Source of the DNA: Desulfobacterales bacterium
Lineage (GTDB): Bacteria; Desulfobacterota; Desulfobacteria; Desulfobacterales; UBA2245
Length of the DNA: 64,000 nt
Assembly (NCBI GenBank): GCA_040771865.1
Contig: JAXGZF010000008.1
Location: 20,722 to 84,721 of the forward strand
Reading direction: 5' to 3'
This document shows positions 29,501-30,892 of this stretch, in pieces. Made by a program: the position numbers and the translations under genes. The notes beneath the pieces are model-generated. The model was not told where the DNA came from and made no database searches. It saw nothing but the letters and a program-made list of their open reading frames with translations. Numbering within the stretch: the first letter of the stretch is position 1; each line of letters begins with the position of its first letter.

Positions 29501-30864
29501 ACAGCCGCAGAGCTGGCGCTTGTTGCACTGCCATCTGCCGTGGCCCTCCCTCTGTTGGCGGATGCCGCATTGATGTCGATGTCCCCATCGGAGACCAGTG
29601 TGCTGCCGGATTCGGCGGAAATGTAGGCCTGCGTATCGCTGATGAGATCGGTGATGGCCACCGCGGCCGCGATGCCGATGCTGCCTTCGGAAGTGCCGGC
29701 GCCGGTACGGCTGAGCTGGCTTTCGGTATTGGTGTCCCCGGAAGAACTCTCACTCGCGCCGCCGGCCGAAGCTATGGCCGTGGTGACTACGGTGCTGTCA
29801 GCGGCAGCGGCCAAGGCCATGGAGCCGGCATCGACGGAAGAGGTTCCTTCGATGTAAGCCTCGGTATCCTGCAGGACTACCGCCAGGGCCAGGGTGCCGC
29901 CAAAGGTCGCATCTCCCTCGCTGGCGTCTGCGATGACCGAGGCTGTAACCGCATTGAGGGCCGAAAGGCTGAAGTTGCCGTCAACGGCGACCAGACTTTC
30001 TCCCGAGATGCGGGCGATGGCGCCGCTGTCCACGATCGCCACGGCGACCGCATTGTCGGTGCTTGAGTCGGAACTGTCGTTATTGTCAGGATTTGCGGCG
30101 GTGCTGGCATAGGCGACTACATTCGAGGCGGCCGAAACAGTCAGGTTTCCGAATGCCGTAATATCTGCGCCTCCGGCAATGACCTCGGCGTTGGATCCTG
30201 CATAAAGAGCCGCAAGGCCGATGCCGAAAACATCGAACCCGCTGGTGTTGAAATCCAGTTCGGAAACGGCGGAAAGAGAAATGTTCTTTCCGACAAGGGT
30301 CGCGCCGCTCATGTCCAGCTTGGCGCTTACATTGGCAAACAGGATCTGATCGATGTTCAGATCGTATTCACTGACGTCGATGCCGAGCCCAACGAGGCCA
30401 GCCAGATAGGTCAGCGGGTGAATGACCCCGTCGCCCGTTACAGAGACGCTGACCGAAAGGTCCACGTCCGGTATGCTCAGATCACCCATCGCCAGGCTGT
30501 CCTCACCGCCAGAGCCTTTGAAAAGGATGTTTAATGCGTTGAAGTCCGTAATGTTTTCAAGATTTTCAAAGGTGAGGGAGAGGGAGTCGTCGCTGACGGT
30601 TCCGGTGATAGTGAGATTGATGATGCCGTCTGTATCAATGGAAGCGGAGGCTTGTGATTCCGTTCCTTCCATCAGAGCTATCTGATTATCCCCATCAAAA
30701 ACCAGCTTGAGATCTTCGCTGGCGTCCCCCATGGCGTAGGACAGGTCTGCGCTCAGCAATATTCTCGGCTCCAGAGGTTCCATCATGGCCTTTCGCCGTG
30801 ATTTAACGGCGGCGACAGCGTTTTGCTTCTTTGCTAACCTGCGTAAATTTCTGGCGATACCCAT
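2572..30864 (-). CDS. Giant (9,430 aa) LEPR-xLL-leader, beta-helix/RTX/LamG/Calx-beta/metzincin-like repetitive protein; presumed secreted or surface-associated
   Basis: A single uninterrupted ORF with an ATG start and AGGAGG 6 nt upstream. Recognisable motifs occur throughout (listed in the sub-features below). All long plus-strand ORFs across this span lie inside it and look like antisense artefacts. Confidence 0.95.
   Translation of the reverse strand: [9430 protein letters not shown]
2575..3200 (-). other. C-terminal metzincin-like zinc-peptidase-like domain ([11 protein letters not shown]) plus conserved acidic tail
   Basis: The domain reads ...[33 protein letters not shown]...[39 protein letters not shown]... 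The [11 protein letters not shown] motif is at 2830-2862. The tail [44 protein letters not shown] ends the protein. Confidence 0.7.
3203..3915 (-). other. Two tandem Calx-beta domains
   Basis: The first domain (3565-3915) reads [25 protein letters not shown]...[61 protein letters not shown]. The second (3203-3547) reads [26 protein letters not shown]...[45 protein letters not shown]...[11 protein letters not shown]. Both follow the classic Calx-beta pattern. Confidence 0.85.
3950..4985 (-). other. Two tandem LamG/concanavalin-A-like jelly-roll domains
   Basis: The first domain (~4480-4985) contains [41 protein letters not shown]...[15 protein letters not shown]...[20 protein letters not shown]. 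The second (~3950-4470) contains [30 protein letters not shown]...[14 protein letters not shown]...[19 protein letters not shown]. Confidence 0.7.
5380..8210 (-). repeat. RTX-type (hemolysin-type) calcium-binding nonapeptide repeat blocks
   Basis: Repeat stretches include [183 protein letters not shown] and [20 protein letters not shown]. Confidence 0.85.
8600..10860 (-). repeat. Six ~50-60-aa W-x3-GF-x2-GQ-x-I-x-I-x-G modules
   Basis: The six copies are [104 protein letters not shown] and [22 protein letters not shown]. Confidence 0.65.
10900..12010 (-). other. Three beta-sandwich-like modules (tentatively Calx-beta/cadherin-like), with boundaries marked by V-x-V-I-D-N-[DE]-T
   Basis: Boundary motifs are ...[20 protein letters not shown]... 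and ...[18 protein letters not shown].... I assigned this from the motif style only, without an HMM. Confidence 0.35.
12215..13160 (-). repeat. Calcium-binding-like GGxGxD-F/L repeats (divergent RTX-like block)
   Basis: Motifs seen are [70 protein letters not shown] and [12 protein letters not shown]. Confidence 0.55.
15415..15660 (-). repeat. Cluster 5 of the ~70-aa modules (1 copy)
   Basis: [69 protein letters not shown]. Confidence 0.6.
17675..18945 (-). repeat. Cluster 4: diverged ~70-aa modules plus one W-x3-GF-x2-GQ module
   Basis: Module-like segments here include [27 protein letters not shown]..., [67 protein letters not shown]... and [16 protein letters not shown]. The segment [21 protein letters not shown] lies at ~17971-18115. 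Confidence 0.5.
19000..23600 (-). repeat. Long run of ~60-70-aa beta-helix-like repeats (T.AYIG.GA.V...G.V.I.A.S.EDI.S.A...TAAV... pattern)
   Basis: Examples are [106 protein letters not shown] and [18 protein letters not shown]... The pattern recurs tens of times, and the composition is dominated by A/G/V/T/S/D. Confidence 0.65.
25435..25720 (-). repeat. Cluster 3 of the ~70-aa modules (1 copy)
   Basis: [76 protein letters not shown]. Confidence 0.65.
26785..27355 (-). repeat. Cluster 2 of the ~70-aa modules (2 copies)
   Basis: The two copies read [21 protein letters not shown]...[48 protein letters not shown] and [42 protein letters not shown]...[29 protein letters not shown]. Confidence 0.7.
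28560..29400 (-). repeat. Cluster 1 of ~70-aa HGF-TGD / YYVI / KLA / AGTAIDLT modules (3 copies plus a partial copy)
   Basis: An example copy reads [76 protein letters not shown]. Two further copies follow it. Confidence 0.7.
30742..30864 (-). other. LEPR-xLL-type N-terminal leader
   Basis: [41 protein letters not shown]. Confidence 0.8.
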
Positions 30865-30868
30865 GATA

Positions 30869-30892
30869 CACCTCCTGTGTTTATGAAGGGCG
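30869..30892 (-). promoter_or_regulatory. Conserved 5' UTR / Shine-Dalgarno block
   Basis: The minus strand reads CGCCCTTCATAAACACAGGAGGTG. This 24-mer is identical to the one at 51763-51786 upstream of the 6,768-codon gene. Confidence 0.65.

Larger units (their letters stand above)
24385..29765 (-). repeat. Four super-repeats (~1.5-2.0 kb period) of beta-helix-like sequence, each carrying a Ser/Thr/Gly-rich low-complexity insert
   Basis: The inserts lie at ~29685-29765 ([26 protein letters not shown]), ~27640-27815 ([54 protein letters not shown]), ~25875-26050 ([59 protein letters not shown]) and ~24385-24565 ([60 protein letters not shown]). Each is followed by a G(A/V)(V/I)G(I/V)AAA(I/V)A(I/V)N-type strand. 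Confidence 0.7.

Noticed and set aside
30742-30864. Interpreting the conserved leader as a standard Sec, lipoprotein or Tat signal peptide
   Set aside because: There is no hydrophobic core of 7 or more residues, no lipobox cysteine and no S/T-R-R-x-F-L-K-type Tat motif followed by an H-region. The conserved part is charged (EPLEPR).
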